From Mantamonas sphyraenae STR306 (Eukaryota; Protista; CRuMs): 64,000 nucleotides of DNA. The notes beneath the pieces are model-generated. The model was given only the letters and a program-made list of their open reading frames with translations, was not told where the DNA came from and did not search any database. Location: positions 124,001 to 188,000 of the forward strand of contig JAPMXV010000002.1 of the NCBI GenBank assembly GCA_026936335.1. Direction: 5' to 3'. A program made the translations under genes and the position numbers. Shown here in pieces: positions 18,842-33,353 of the stretch (within the stretch, counting starts at the first letter, position 1; each line of letters starts with the position of its first letter).

Positions 18842-21800
18842 TCACGCAACCATTAACGCCACGCCAAGGGCAAACCACTTCTTGGGCTCGTCCTCAGCGC
18901 GTTTGGCAACCTTGATGGAAAACAGCAAGTCGGAACGCTCTGCGTTGAAGTAGACGGGCAGGACCATGTACTCTGCGTTGTCGCTGTCGTTGGTGTTCCC
19001 ATCGTTCTTGGGTACCCAGGAAAGGGAGCAGGCGTCCATTTGGACGCCAAGGCTGTCTGTGGGCACGAGGACGCCGTCCTGCAGCTGTGCTCCTTGCATG
19101 CGCAGGCCACTGACGTTGCCCGACCCACTCACGTCTAACCTGAGTTCCAACATTTCCAGGCTCCAACCGTTGCTTTGGGCCACCGACTGGCGCAGTGCGG
19201 TGACGTAGGCCTCGGGGAAGAAGAGGGCACCCAGCCACAACTCCGCTTGTGCTCCACTGCTGTTCAGCCTCTGCTCCAGTTCGCCAAACTGATGCATGCG
19301 ACGCACCAGTTCACGCATCCACTCGCCCACCGCAACCAAGTCGCTGACCCTGCCAAACTGACGCCACACCGATGGCACGGCTTCGGCACGCAGCTCAGCA
19401 CAAAGCTTCCGCAGACGGTTCGTCATCTTGGCCTCGCCCTCCACCACACCCACCACCTCCTCCATGTCCCTGCGCACCACTTGCAACATCTCTCTGGCCA
19501 CGGACACCTCCCGCTCAAAGCAGCGGAAGATGGGGTCTCCAATCTTTTCTGCCGTCCTTTCCATCGCTGCCATCTCCTCTGGCAATGCAGCCAGCCACTC
19601 GCTGCATCTCGCCGCAAGTCCCGCCATCTGCGAACCCTCTGCCACACGTGCGGCCTCGTCCTCGTCCACGTCACCCACAAGCACCGGCCCGTCCTCAGTG
19701 TCGCCATCTTCGTCTCCCACGCCGCCGTGTTCAATGCTCCACAGCTTGCGCAGGCTGCGCATCATGCTCATGCCCCTGTGTGTGGCCAGCAGCACATCTG
19801 CGTTGCTCTGCAACCCAATCCAGCGGGGTGACTGCTCGGTGCTCTCCAGCGCGTCACACCACGTCTCAAACGCTTCCTTGTTGCTGCCTGCGGGGCTGTC
19901 CAGCACGCCTTGCACCAACTGGAAGCTGCGCTCAAAGCTGGACTCCACAAACACCTCCTCGAGGACGCTCTTGAGCAGGCGGTGGTCGAATTCGTTGTCG
20001 ATCTTGCCGCCGTAGATCGACTCGCCAAGCAAGGCACGCAGGGCAGGCCACGGGATATCAGCAGGACTCACGTTTGTTCGCTCGCCTGCAACACGGTCCA
20101 ACCATGCGTCGATGGCTTCCAGGGCACAGCGACGGTCGGTATCGTTGAACTCGTAGCGTTTCGTCCAGCCGACCGGTGCGTAGCGTACACGCTCCTGCAC
20201 AACCGCGTGGAACCAAGCCAGCAGGAAGAACATGCGTGCACGTTCGCGCGGCTGTGCGTTCATCCTCTCCTCGCTCACGCTGGCCATGCTCTGCATGAGG
20301 TTTGCGCGAATGCCCGGCGCGGGCTCAAACACAACCAAGCTTGCCTGGCGGATGAGCGACCCCGGCACCGCCGGGCTGATTTCCATCGTCATAAACAGAC
20401 GGAAGTCTGCGTGGGCCTTGCTCACACGGAGCCGCAGTCTCTTTTCAAATTCGCTCAGCCAGCCCGGCGCGAGGTGCACGTTCTTGAGCATGACCCAGAC
20501 GCCCTGGCGTGCCGCAGACGTGATTGCATTCTCCGCAGCCGCAAACGACTCCTTTGTGCCCACCGCAATGCTCTCCAGACGCGCTCCGGCCTCGCTGGCC
20601 AACTCATCCACCTTTCCCGATGCGTCAAATCCGGGGGCACTTGCAAACAACAACACCTTGCGCAACGCACTCTCCTGCGTCACCACATGACGCAGCGGAC
20701 GCATGTTTGCTTCGCGCACCGCATCTGCTCCCAACACCTCACGCACGACGCCTTCCACGGCACTGGGGAACAGATCGGCACGCAGCGCGCGCACTACGAT
20801 CAGCTCCTGCATCTGGCTGCGCACGCCATCCTTCTGCTGTTGTTGCCAGCCTCCGGGCATGGCCAGTGAGGCATCTTGGTCATTGTTGGCATCCTTTGAC
20901 GTCAGCCAAGCCTTCCAAGCCTCATTGTTGGCACCCATGTGTGCCACCAGTGCCTCACCCAACTCGGGCAGCTCCACACACAGTGCTCGCAGCGAGCGCT
21001 GCTGCGACTCGTCCAGACCCAGTCCAGTTGCAACATCCGCATCCACCAATGCCGACGACGATGACGATGACGACGCGGCAGTGGATGTACGCACTGTTTT
21101 GCCAGTCCCATGCCCGCTGCTGCTGCTGTCGCTCACGTCGGCTCCGCGCACCAAAAAGTCCACTTCGGCATGGTTAACCTCGCCTGGCCCTCCACCAGCA
21201 GCCATCACGCGTGCATCGACTCGAGCACGTGTCAGCAGCAATCCAAACAGACCCTTGTGTTCCTGCAACAGCGCACGGCTAACGCGCGCATACACCTCTC
21301 CAAAGATGCGATCCACAAGCTCCAGCACACGTTTGGGTCCCCCGCCCTCCTTTGCACCCTGTGCACCCTCACCACCACCACTGCTGCTGCTGCTGCTGCC
21401 GCCACCCCCACCGCCGTTGCCAGTTTCCAACAGACCAATGGTGCTCATCACATCAAAGAGCAACTCCAGCGAGAATTGGTACAAATGATGCACGTGCTGC
21501 ATCTGCTGCATCACATGGTACACCTGGGCACACGCCACGGCCACGGGAACGTACACACCGCTCTGCTTGTTCACGGCTGCCATCAGCTCCTCCTTGCGAG
21601 CCAGCGTCTGCACAAGCGTCGACGCCTCACCCTTGACGTTCTCCAGCGTGCCCAGCACCTGTTCGTCATCCAGTAGGTTTGTCGTCTTGGACCCTGCCAA
21701 CACGTCCAGCAGCTTCTGCTCAAGTTCAAACAGCTTCACTTTCATCGCCTGCGTCTCCCGCAGCGCCTCCTTACGCTGTGTCGCCGTCTCTGGCATCTCG

Positions 21801-24800
21801 GCTTGCAACACTTGCGACAGGCATTGGCTCTGCAGCGACGTCAGCGTCACCGTAAAGTTCACAAACGTCACGCGCGAACACAGATCCGGAGTGAAGTTCA
21901 CACTCGGGTCACGCGTGGCCAGGAACATCACAAACGTGGGTGAAAAGTCGATTTCCTTGTCTCCCAGACGAATGAGCACACGGCCACCTGCACGATGTGT
22001 CTCTCGATTCAGCACAGGATTCAGAATCGGGTCGATGAACTCGACGTCTTCCACCAGGATCGGCGTGCCGAAACGCAAGGCGCCTTCCAGCTGCTTGATG
22101 AAGCCCGGGTCCAGGAAGCTCGTCTTTTTGATGTCTCGGTCCGCATACTTGGCCATTAGGTATTCGCTGCCCTGGTTTGCAGGGTCGATCAGCAGCGGGA
22201 AGCGATTGAAGCGCTCCATCATGATTGCGTTCTCCACACACAGCTGGTCCATGGGTAGACCCATGCCCTCCCACGCAGCACGCTGCTCTGCGTTGCTCAA
22301 AAAGTCACCCAGTGCCGCGCCGGTCTCCATGTCCTCGCTGTACCACACATTCACCATGTCCAACCAGTTCAGCCAGCTACGCAGCAGCTGTTCGCGGTAC
22401 TTCTGGTCAAAGTAGCCCATGTACGTGAGGTATCCCGCGCCAATCAGCGCATCGCCCACCAGCCGCGTCATGCTGTTCTCAAACCCTGCTTGGCCTTCGT
22501 TCCAGCGCACTCTTTCGTCGCCCAAACTGTGCAGGAACCTGTCTGCACGCTCCATACGCTCGCGCACCACTTTGATTTCGCTCTCCACTTCCTTTGCCTC
22601 CTCCTTCATCGAGGTGTACCGCTCCTCCAACGACCCAATACGTTCCTCCAACTGCGCAATGGTCCCCTCCAGTTCGTCCCGTTGCCTCTCCATGTCCACA
22701 GCCAGCTGCTCCAGGTTGCGCACCTCTTCTCGCAGTGGTTCCACCTGCTCCACAATCGCACTGTAGTCCAATTGCGCTCGAATCCACTTGAACAGCGCAC
22801 CCGCGGCCACAAACGCCTTTTGCACCGTCTCTGCGTTAAACTTCTCGTGGCTCATGTACTTCTTCTCAATGACCTGACGCACCTTGGGCGACAGCGTTTC
22901 GCTGTCAAAGTTGATCATGCTGGCAATGAAATCGCTCTGGCGCATCTGCTGCCGCACGTCCTTCCACTCCAACTTCTTCCCCGTCAGCATCATGCACACC
23001 ACCTCCATGGTCATTTGCACAAGTTCCGGCGGGCTACGCAGCTGACGTACGTCGTCCAGTTGACTCTTCTTCAGGCCACTCACCGCCGCCTTTGCCTCCT
23101 CCACCGCCGGTTCTGCTTTGGCCAAGTGTGTGTATGCACCTGCCTTGCGCTCTTCGATTTCCACAGTCTGCTCCTCCAGGCGCTCTTGCAGCTGCTTCGA
23201 CGCCTCGTGCTTCTTCTGGGCCTCCTGCTGCTCCACCATGATCACCTTGAGCAGCTCTTGGCCTCTTTGTTCTTGGCCTGCAACACCGGTTCTTTCTCTT
23301 GCAGCACGCGGCGGTATTCGTCGACATCCGCGTGCGTGGAGTGCAGCGTGCGCAGGCCGTTGTTCAGATGGGCCTGTTTCAGCGTCAGCTCCTGTCGCTT
23401 GTCTTCGTACACCTGTTCAAAGTGTGCAATCAGATCCAAAAAGTGTCTTGGGGTGACGTAGTTCTGCCTGTTTTCGCTCTCCACCAGACGGCGGTTGATT
23501 CGGTCCACGCTCTTGTGCACTTGCACAAGCGATTTGACCACGGCCGTCTTCAGCGTGATACGTTCGTCGGCGTCAAACGGCTCCTGCAGGTCGTCCACCG
23601 GCACGGGAAAGCTCAGGGGCGCGTCGTATGCAGCCGTCAGTGTTTTGGGCAGCAGATGTTCGGCCACACGTGTCAACGCCTCGTCGCTCCAATCGCCAAA
23701 CCAGTCCACCACGCAGCGGTTGAACAGCGCAGGCGACGTGGCCGTGCGGTTGTGAAACTCGGGGTTGGACGGGTTCATGGTGAACACAACGTGCAGGTTG
23801 CGCTGTACCTGTGTGGTGAACCACCTGTACGTCTCCTCGGACGTCTCAAGCTGTTCGCCTGCACGGCGTGCCGCCTCTCTTGCCTCGTTCATCACATTCT
23901 TGTATGTCTCCTCGTCAAACAAGCCGGGCACCTCGCCGCTGGCCAGGAGCGAGTTCATGCGCTCCAGGAAGCTTGTGTCCAGAATGTTGCTCTCGTCAAA
24001 AATGAAGCAGATCGATTCGCCCTGGCAGCCTGCACGCACCATCAGTCCACGCAAGTCTTCGTCAAAGTCTGCGCTGGTGTAGTTGCGATTCACCTTGATG
24101 GTGAAGACCGAATAGCCGCGAATGAACGCCACCAGCTTGCTGATCAGCGTCTTGCCTGCGCCACTCACACCGATCAGCAGACTGTGGCCCTTGGGCTGGG
24201 ACATCACACGGTTAATGCGCAGGATGTGCTGCAAGACGTCGTCAAACAGGACCACGTCCACGTCCATCTCCTCGGCGCGGAACTGCTTCAGCTTCTTGCG
24301 CACCTCACGCATCACCTTGGCCTTGCTCAGCGATTCGTACTGGCCGCTGAACAAGCTGGTGAACAGAAGCGGTTCCTGGAGAGCCGTGCCATGGTCGATG
24401 GCCGGGAAGTGCTGTGTGATGAGCTCCTGCAGGCGATCCCACGTCCAATCTCGCTCCGCCTGTGTCACCAGCCTGTCCTGGAACAGACGCAGCGCCTCGT
24501 GCGCAAACAGGCGCACCAGATCCTCGATAGAGCAACCGGCCATGTCCACCATGGCCTCGTGCATGGCCCGGCACCAGCGGCTAAGCTCGCGTGGACTGTA
24601 CACGTAGTGGACGTGCTGGTCGGCTGTGAAATGCTTCTGGTTGGCTTGGTAGAACGCCACCATGGCGTGTGTAAACTCGTCAGCGTACGCGCGGTGGTCG
24701 GGCGTCAGCTTGAAAAGGGCCCTGTTGAATGTGCCGTAGATTTGTCGCAGCGACTCGGCCGACGGGTAGTCCACAAGCACCACTGGCGCGTGGCGCAGGA

Positions 24801-27800
24801 AACGGTGGCTGAGAGCCGTACGACCTGCGTCCGTGGGCGGGTTTGCGGCCGCCACAAACTGGATGCGCTCGAGACGCACGTGCACCCACGTCTCGCCATC
24901 GTTGCTAAGCTGCCAAAAGCCACCCTGGTCCACCAGCTGGCGCATGAACGTGATCACGCGCTGTGTGCCGTACTGGTCGCTGCTGGGAAGGTTGACCTCG
25001 TCGCAAAACACAACCAAACGACGTCCACGCTGGCGCGGACGCAGCACCCCACCTGTGGGTGTCACAACTTGCTCGCAATGCTGACCCAGCAGTTTCAGGA
25101 GGTGCTGCGGCGATGTGCTGCTGCTAAAGTTGAGCGATACCACGTCTGCGTCATCATACGCACGCAGGGTGGAGAACAGCGTCATGGTCTTGCCCGATCC
25201 CGGGGGACCGCACAGAATCAGAGGTTTGTTCGCTGCAATCAGAGCAGAGATCACCTCTTCGTGGCGCATGGTGTCCACTGTGGGGATCACCACATCGTGT
25301 GCGGCCACCTGATGGCTGCCGACTTCGGTCTGTGGCACCTGTTCGCTCCACAATTGCCACTCGCCACTCGGCAGGGTCACGTGGAAATCGATCAGCGATG
25401 CGTGGTCGTCTCCTGCGTCTCGCACCTCGCTGGGCACGTCCACATCAGCCATTCCGGCCACAAAGGCGCCCAGCGCCTGGCGCTGTGTCAGTGTAAGCAT
25501 TCCTGAAAACGCCCACACCACGTCGACCAGCAGTCGCTTGACAATCACGTCCTGGATGGCATCGGTGCGCATGGGAAAGTCAAAGTGGGCTGTGTTGTAC
25601 TCGTGGATACGCTCCATCGAGTGTCGAACCATGGCAAAAAGGGAATCCAGCGCCGCGATCCGTGTAAAGTCCATCACGTGTCCACTCTGTTTCTCCGCCC
25701 ACTGAAGGGCGCGGTCCACCAGGCCGTCCTTGGCCATGTAACTCGCAAGCACCTCTGCGCATTCGCGCTCAATGCGCAGCGCGGGTGACAGTTGGTCCTC
25801 GGCATTGGCCGTAGTCTTGTTGGCCGCATCACCACCACCACCACCACCACCACTGCTGCTGCTGCTGCTGCTGGGCATGTCTGCATCTGTGTCTCCTACG
25901 GGCATGGAAGAAGCAGGCAGCACCTCTGTGTCTGGCTGCTTGCCCAGCGATTGCACAAAATGCGACAGAATCATGGACGCATGCACTGTGTCTGCGGAAA
26001 ACCACACCATGCCACATCGCGACACAGTGGCCAGTGTGGCCCACTTCAGCGTGTCGACCTCAAACACAAAACGCACATTGGGTGGCACGCTGAGGCGCTC
26101 GCCGTTGGGCAGGGTCAACAACTTGTTGTCGTCCAACACGCTGTTCAGGTTCTCCACCCATTCGGGGTCCACGTCGCCGTCGAGAATGATCCAGTGCATG
26201 CGTTCGCTCTCGCCTCGCTCGTTGGCAATGATGCGCCGCAACAGGTACGTAAACAGACCGTCTGTCCACTCGTGCGTGGCCTTGTCCAGCCGGCCAAACA
26301 GTTCGTTCTTGCTCAACGACTTTGGGTCAAGCACGTGCACGCTGTACTTGCGCTGTTCCACCTCCTCCAGCGCTGCAATCAGCGTCTGCCACGCCGCTGT
26401 CTTGCCGCTTCCACTGGGCCCCACCACCATCAAGCCGTGGTGGATGTGTTGGATCTCGTACAGCTGAATCACCTTTTCGCGCCAGTTGCCTGCAAATTCC
26501 AGTGCTTGCGATGCACACACGCGCTCCAGAGCCGCCTCCAATGCGTCCATCTCAATGCGTTGGTACTCTACGGCCGGGAACACGTCTGCCATGAGCGACT
26601 GCAGCAACGGGATGTCCTGTGCCACCAGCTTGGGAATCACGGTCTCGCAAATGCTTCGCACGAGAATCTGCTGTTCCAAATGCAGCACATCGTCGACGGC
26701 GTCGTTGGTCTCACCCTCGTCGCCCTTGCTCCTGTTCAGCATGGCGCGCTTCAAGTTGCCTGCGCTCGTGAGCACGCTCTTCAGCGCACGCAGGCCAAAG
26801 TCGTAGTGAGACTGATTGCTGAGCTGTTCTTTGCACAGCTTAAACAGAGGTACGACTTTTCCAGCCAACACCTCGCCTGACTGGAACCCTTGCGAAAACA
26901 GGAGCACCTGAGCGATCAGCTCGCGGTCGGGGCTGATCATGGCAATGCTGCGAAACAGCTGCTTGAGGTTGTCCGGCAGATTGGATCGTCCTGCATACCC
27001 GGGGTTCATGGTGATAAAGATGCCCATGTCTGGGTTGAGCTGCACCTCGCGGCCAAGCATCTTGACCGCGGGTTGTTGCGCACGCAGACCCATCTGGATG
27101 GTTTGGATCTGCTGCGAAACCGCACTCAGCATGCGCTCCTCCAGTCGGTTGAACTCGTCGAAGCAGCCCCATGCGCCGCACTGGCACAGTCCCACAAAGA
27201 TGCGCGTCATTGCGTGGAAGTCAAACGTTTCGTCGCAGTTGAACACCAGCACAAAGCGACCCAACTGTGCGCCAAGTGCCTTGACGCTCTCGGTCTTGCC
27301 CGTGCCTGCCGGCCCAAACGGGTTGCCGCCAAAGCGTGTGGACAACGCCTGTGTAAGCGTCAAGTAGCACCTGTCCGTGAGCGGCGTTTGCACAAGGCGT
27401 TCGCCCACGCCCTGGTACTCGAATCCGTAGTGGAAGTCTGCGTCGGCAATCTTGACGTGCAGACGCCGCTGCACCTCCTCTTCCTGCGGATTCCAGTGGA
27501 AGCGCAAGTTGATGAGCCAGTCAAAGTCATCGGCCTGTGACACTCCACTTGATTGCAGCACACGCACCACGTCGCGCTGGTGAACGAGCTCCGTAATGAG
27601 GTGTTCGTACTTCTTGCGCACATCTGTGGGCAGCTCGTGCAACACGGCGTCTGCCAACACGCGCAACGTGGCGTTGACAGTGTCAAGCACCTGCGCAAGC
27701 GTCTCTGCACCCGTGGCCGCGTCGGCCTGGCCACTGAGCACTGCCTGCACCATGCTGCACCACAACACCTGCGCACCCACAACCACCATTTGTGCAGGAA

Positions 27801-30800
27801 ACTGCGAGGCCCACTGCAGGTAGGCCTGGCCGTCGATTTGTCCAGCTCCGCCAAAACTATCCAGCTGTTGCACAGCGTGTGCGAGCGCAGTGGCCAGTGA
27901 CATACGCATTTGCCCCTCCACCTCGTGCAGGTAGGCAATGATGTCTGGTGTCTCTGCCGTGTCCACGCCCTGCACAAAAGGCACGACCTCGCCTTCCTTG
28001 CTCTGCATTCCTGTGAACACCTTGTGGTTGTCGTCCAGGCACAGCACGTGGATGCCTGCAAACATCTTGCTGAAGTGCTTCTGGATCTTGACAAGGTCCT
28101 TGCTGTTGCCAATGAGCTCGAGCAGGTCCTCGTCGCCGATGAAGTAGAAGCGAGGGAACGCACTGCGCTGGTTCTCCAAATAGTCGCCCAGGGCCTTTTG
28201 GATCGTCACCATGTTGTCCAGCACGGTGTCGAGCTTGTCTTGGATGCCCTCAAATGCGCTGACCTTGATCACCAGCGGATCCTTGGCAACCCTGATCATC
28301 AGGTCGCGGAACTCCTTGTTGGTGCGCTCAAACTTGCGTGTGGCGTTGGGCAGCTTCTTCATGTCTGCGTTGCCAGTGAAGATGCCGCCCAGGTACAGCC
28401 AGCGCTTCTGCACGTCGATCCAGCTGTCAAACAACACCTGCAGCTGGTTGAGCTTGTCCTCCCACTTGCGTGCCTCCTGCTCGAAAAAGTGATAGTGAGG
28501 CGATGAGGACATGGCACCCAGCGCGCCGCTGTGTTCGCTCAACAACGCCAGCATGTCGTCCCAGCCCCGAATGAGCGGGCATCCGTTGCGTGCTTGAGTG
28601 AGCTCGAGCTCGTACAGAGTCCATGTTTCGGAGATGTCGCTGATGTACTTGGCCAGCGCCGCCTCTGCCGACGCTTGTGCGCTCGTGTCACGGATGGCCA
28701 CCGCGTGTGTGCGCAGCTGCGTGTCCCACAGATCGCCCAGCGTGCGCTCGTTGGGCGCCTTGTCCAAACGCAGCTCTGCATCCAGCACCTTCCAGTGGCG
28801 CGGCTGCAACGCTTCGTTCTTCAGCTCGACGAGCAATTTGTAGTCATCCATGTATCCGTGGATGCGTGCAACAAGCGTCTCGGCGGCTGCGTAGTTGCTA
28901 CACAGTGCCGGAAACGCATCGGTCTGGCCCAGAAGCTGTCTCAGGGTGGCCATCAGCTCTTGCGTGTCCACACGAGACCACAGTGTCATGTGCAGCGCCT
29001 GCAGCTCGTTCCACACGGGCTGCACACAGTTCCACACCTTTGCCAAGTCTTCCATGCTGCTGCGCATCTGGGCAAACGGGTCCTTGCTGTCTGCACTCGC
29101 ACCCGCCATGAGCAGCTTCTCCTTTGCGTCCTGCAGCGCTGTGTGCTCTAGAGAGAGCGCCTCCATTTGGCTCTGGTATCCGTGGATGACCGTCAGGGCG
29201 ATGGCGGGCGACAACGAGCCGTCGTTGGGGATGTTTTCGCCCCACTCGCGCTTCAGTGCATCGATGCGGCCCATGAGCGCTGTTTCATCTTCGGTCAGCT
29301 GCTGCTGATAAATGCCTCGCTTTTCCTCCACGTCTGCGCTCTCGCTGGCCACGAGACTGCTGAGCTGCGCATACAGGCTGTCCAGACGGCTGATCTGCAC
29401 CCAGTTGTCCGGGTAGGTGTACGCGACGTTTGCAGACGAGTCATAGATGTGCAGGAGGTCGTCGCACGCCTGCAGCCACTGCAACGTGGTCTTCCACTTG
29501 GGTGCCTCGCGTTCAGCCAGCTCGATCTGGGCGATCTTGCGCCGGATCTCCTTGGCTCCGCTCTGCTGGCTCAGCTGCTCCAACTGCTCCTTGCTTTGTT
29601 CCATGGCGTGCATGAGCTGCGTGACATCCGCCTCGATGTGGCCTGCAAACACGGGCACGAGCACTTGGTGCCACTGCTGCAGTTTGCTGTTGATTTCCTT
29701 CTGCACTTCGGTGTAGTCGAGAGTGAACGGGCCCACACTTGCGGTATCTACGCGTGTGAGTTCTCGGAACAACAGGCGCTGCTCGTTCAGTTCCTGCATG
29801 CCATGCAGCCACTGCTCGAGATCGTCACCCCACCGCTGTGCTTGAGTGGTGGCGTCGACCGCATACAGGTTGCCATACTTGAGGAACGGAGCCGTCAGGG
29901 CGTCCACACGCGCCACAATGTCTTGGATGAGCGTGTAGGCTGCCTGCAGCGTCGCAACGTCGACGAGGCCCGTGAGCCCGCGGAAAGTACTGCGTGTCGC
30001 AAAGTCGGCCTGAGTGGCGTCCACGCCGATGCGCTGTTGCAAGCAGATGACCGCCATGCTGCTCTGCAGATTGGCCATGAGCAGGGCGCGCACGTTTGCC
30101 AGCCCAGGTCGCAGGAACACGCCTTTGCGCGAGATGTGCACTTGCAGCGTCACGTCGAGGGCTTCTTCAGGGTTCCAGACAGCCGCATCCATGGCATCGT
30201 GTACGTCGTCCGTGTGCTGCACGTCTGCTGCATCGCTGGCGCTTGCGGCGTTTGTTTGCGCGGCAAAGTATGCATGCCATTGCACGACGATGTGCTGCAG
30301 GCGTTTGGCAAGGATGGCGTCGAGGTCTGCGTTGAGGGCATCGAGCCAGGCGGCATAGTTGCTGACGCCCTTGATTTCGACTTTGAGGGCCAGTTTGCGC
30401 ACCGTCTCGAGCTTAGCACGCAAGGCATCGTTGGAGAGGAAGCGGGCCGTGGCGAGGGCGAACAGTGTGTCGTCGATTTCGCGCAGGAGCAATTTGATCT
30501 GGCTGCTCTTCTGGTCCAACGTACGCACGCTTGCGCTGAGCTTGTTCATGTACGTGCGCAAGGCGACGCTGTTGGGCGACGATCCCCAGCTTTGCGAGGC
30601 ACCCTGCACGAGTTTTCCCTGGACGTCGCGCTGGTAGGCTCCGACCAGGGAGGCATCGACGGCGATGCGGTGAGCGTTGACCACAACCGCCTGAGTGTCA
30701 GTCGACTGCGAAGGATGATCCCACATCTGGGCCACGTGATAGTACATGGACGTGGCGTGTTGCAGCACATTGACCATGGGAAGGAAGTTGCGAGCGCGGA

Positions 30801-33283
30801 CGAGGGCGCGTGCGATGCGATCCTGCGGGTTCTCCTGGTCAAAGGGGATGTCAAACTGGAACTTCATGCGCTCCAGGTTGCGGTATTCCTTAAGCCAGCC
30901 CGGGATGCGCGGGTCACAGTGCACGGTGACGCGTCCTTGCACACAGGTGATGAGTGGCCCGCTGAAGAAGCTGCTCTCCTGCTTTGCCGTGCGACGGCGA
31001 GCCTCACGCAGCTTGGCAATGAGCCTCTCGTACATGGATTGTTCGCCGACGGCGGCTGTGATCTGCTTTTGCAGATTGCGAATGTCCTCTGTCTGTTCGC
31101 TCTGCTCCCACTCTGCGTCCAGAATCATCTCGATGCGGTCGCTCTGGTTCTGCAGGACACGTCGCAGCTGGCGTGCAAACACGACACGCTCTGTGACGCC
31201 CTGGATGTCCATGAGAATGACGGGCTGTCGCTCCAACGACGAGTCGCGCACCTTGTTGACCCAATTCTTGGCGCGTGCGAGCAGATCCATGTGGTCCTGC
31301 TCAATCTTTGCCAGCAGCCGATCGGCGTTGTCCGAAAAGACCTTTTTCACCGTGCGGCGCGAAAAGATGGAGCGGTATCGCTCGGCCAGGGACATGATGC
31401 CTTCGATGTCCAGGTTCTCCATTTCTGAGCGCAGATGCGAGGCAATGGCCGTCTCGATCTGCGACACGGCTTGGGCATACTCCTTGCTGACGTTGGTCCA
31501 GGTCTGAGCAGAGACGGTGAGGACGTCAAGGCGCACCACCTGGCGGTAGATGCGTTCGAGGAACTGGACGGCGGTTTCTTCGTTGGTGCGGTCGACCTGC
31601 ACGGCAGGAAGCTGCTCAATGACACTCTGCAGGTTGGCGTGCTCGATACGAAACGTGCAGACCAGCGGGAAGCGGTCGCGCAGGTCCTTAAGAGGTGTGA
31701 TGGAGGTGGTCATGCGTGAGCGCACCTTTTTCGCCTCGGGATTCTTTGCGATGGCAGCTTTGACGCGCTGGTTGCGCACGTGCAGAGCGGTCATCAACTT
31801 TTCTGCCTGAGCGCGGATTTGGTCAAATTCGCTTCGGTCCACTTGCATGTAGTGCTTGGTGTCCAAGAAGCGCACGATTGCGCGCGTGCCGCTGCACAGC
31901 ACGGTGAACCACAGGTTGTACCAGGGGATACCACTTGCGTCTGCATACTGCGACAACGCGTGCATAAACGCCTCTTCGGCGCGGTCAAACAGATCCACCA
32001 GCTCGGCGTTGGCGCTTGCGCGGCTGAGCGGTTCTGCAGGCAAGGCAGCGGTGATGCCTTGGATCAGCGCCGTCTTGTTGATTTGCAGTTCCAGTTGCTC
32101 AACCTCTTCACCAAAGGTGGCCAGCAGTTGCTGTGCGTCGTCGGTGCCGGTGTTGGCGACGAGTTGCTGCAACGCTTTGCTGCGTGCGCCCAGAGCCGCC
32201 TCCTGCAACTCCACAAGACTCTCGTGTGCATTCTCCCAGTAGGTGGTCTCTTCCAACAGCGAGTCTGCAGGGTGTTCCTTGTCGAGCTCGCGAGCCTGGG
32301 TGAGGACGGAGCACCAATCACGAAGCGTACTCAAAGGCTCGTCGCCGTCGCTGGCGGCGCTCTGCATGCACTGCACAAGTTGTTCCACAGAAGCCTCTTC
32401 GCCAAGAGCCTGGCATGCCAGCTGCGTGGCTGGAGGCAGCTGTAAGGAGCCAACCTTGCTGCCGGAAGAGTAGCGCATCGTGTCGAGGGCCGATTGCACT
32501 TCTTGCATAGATTCTGCGCACATGGGAGGGATGATGTGAGACGAGGGTGCACTGGTGACGTGCGGCAAAATGGGAAAGCAATGGAAAGCGCAAACGGGTG
32601 GTAAAACGCACCGACGACGGAGCGGCTGAGGGTGTTCAGCTGGACCTGGCGCTGTTCGGCGGTGGAAAGCGCTTTGGAGGCTGCCGCAGAGGCTGAGGAG
32701 GCGGAGATGCCGGTTGTGGGCTGGTGAAAGTGCACAAAGGGCATCATGATGTTGATGTACGGGTGAAGGGAGCGGAAAGGGTCGGCATTGTCGAGCTGGA
32801 GGACGCGTAGCTGCTGCGCGACGGGCTTGGTGTGATCGATGACCAACGCCGTCTTGACAAACGCCAAGGAGAGGGATTGGGAATGCGGCTCTGCGTCCAG
32901 CCACTGTGTCGACAAGCTGTACTGCACGTCTGCGGGGTGGGCATTTGGAGTTGGAATGAGGATGCAGGGAGGGCCGGGAGGGCCGGAAGGTGTCAGGTTC
33001 CTGATCAGTGCGGGGCGCGAGCGAGAAATCCCTCTTGCGCACCTTGCACCGCATCCAGGTCGCCCCGTGCAGTAAAGATGAGCAGCGGGGTGCTTCGTGT
33101 GTTGGACAATGCCACAAGCATGTCCTGCACCTCGCTACACTCCATCAAGGCTTCCCACGAGCGGCTTGTTTGCACAGTGCCGAGAGTGGCCTCGACAGGT
33201 GCATCCGTGTCGCCTGTTTCGTGCAGACCGAGAAGGACTTTGCACGTGGCCACCACAAACTCTTTCAATGGGCCTGTGCTCAT
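18842..33283 (-). CDS. DYNC1H1: Cytoplasmic dynein-1 heavy chain, ~4740 aa; exons 33283-33043, 32929-32612, 32513-18842; 1-nt frame break near 23258
   Basis: P-loops GPAGTGKTESVKALG, GPSGSGKT, GPPGSGKTMTL, GVSGAGKT; WGCFDEFNRL, HYDFGLRALK, DGDVDPEWVENLNSVLDDNK. The N-terminal SLAFVKTALVIDHTKPVAQQLRVL is typical of dynein-1. Two GT..AG introns restore the frame. Confidence 0.96.
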
Positions 33284-33353
33284 GGATGCAGGAAACGTGG
33301 GTTGATTTCGTTGCCACCGGAGGCGGCTGCGCGGCGCAACGGTTTCATTCCGT

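Noticed and set aside
23242-23245. GTGA overlaps at the dynein and Ig-receptor frame breaks as further coupling sites
   Set aside because: After a 1-nt deletion any TGA necessarily arises from NTG-A of the true frame, and homology runs through the junction.
16349-33283. Dynein and Nup85 as pseudogenes or split genes
   Set aside because: Each has a single frame break with all motifs intact and no other decay; a consensus indel is more parsimonious.
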